Positions 63,553 through 64,000 of a DNA stretch of 64,000 nucleotides are shown here, in pieces; within the stretch, counting starts at the first letter, position 1, and each line of letters begins with the position of its first letter. The notes under the pieces are model-generated. The model was not told the origin of the DNA, searched no databases, and saw nothing but the letters and a program-made list of their open reading frames with translations. Position numbers and translations under genes: made by a program. Source of the stretch: Chrysemys picta bellii (taxonomy: Eukaryota); contig NC_088805.1 of NCBI RefSeq assembly GCF_011386835.1, positions 19,468,001 through 19,532,000 on the forward strand, read 5' to 3'.

Positions 63553-64000
63553 AAGGCCAGACTCCTTGCTATCTGCATACTCCTTGGCTTTGTTTACACG
63601 GTAATCAGTGTTGAAAAGTTTCACTGCAGGCTATTTTAAATTAAGTTTTAATGTATAAAGCATGGCAGGAAATTGTAATTTTCCATGTACAGATTTTTAT
63701 CATTTGGGGCTTAAAAGAGAGAAGTTTAGATTCTAATACAGGTACAATTTTAACAAGCAGAAGTGTATCACATTTGTCTGATGAGTCTCAGAGCAACCCT
63801 TAACTACCCTGGCCTTCTTGACAATGATAGATAGCATAATTCCAGGAAGTAAAATAATTATGGAGACAGATGAACAGACACCATGGAAACAGATAAAAAG
63901 ATCCTGTGTAACCATTAAAAGCAGTATTTCAAATATAACATTATTAAAACAAAGTCAATGTTATCTGCATAAAGGTCTCTCCGCCTATTAAAATTCATAA

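Overview
AT-rich vertebrate genomic DNA, most likely a turtle (Testudines). This is inferred from the repeat repertoire: CR1 LINEs with a (TTCTTATG)-type 3' tail, a tRNA-head/CR1-tail Pol III SINE, MIR-like CORE-SINEs, GGCT..TCTACACT-ended Harbinger/PIF MITEs, TAGGGTTACCAT-ended hAT elements and Penelope-type termini. I could not recognise any intact host protein-coding gene. The only ORFs with clear protein-family motifs are CR1 ORF2 remnants (8.0-10.0 kb and 61.2-63.6 kb, both minus strand). The long GC-rich ORFs at 39.4-40.7 kb are artefacts of a young hAT insertion. The window reads as intronic or intergenic sequence heavily invaded by transposons, with several CpG-retaining, transcription-factor-motif-rich unique stretches (candidate enhancers) and a number of exon-like segments with good splice signals on both strands that I could not assign to a known gene. 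I found no CRISPR, rRNA or genuine tRNA gene, and no clearly novel biological system. The best leads are the fold-back transposon architectures, a nested transposon stack, a cluster of small exon-like units at 25.5-30.9 kb, and motif-dense candidate regulatory elements. Boundaries of old repeats are approximate, and family names come from recalled consensus features, not from database searches.
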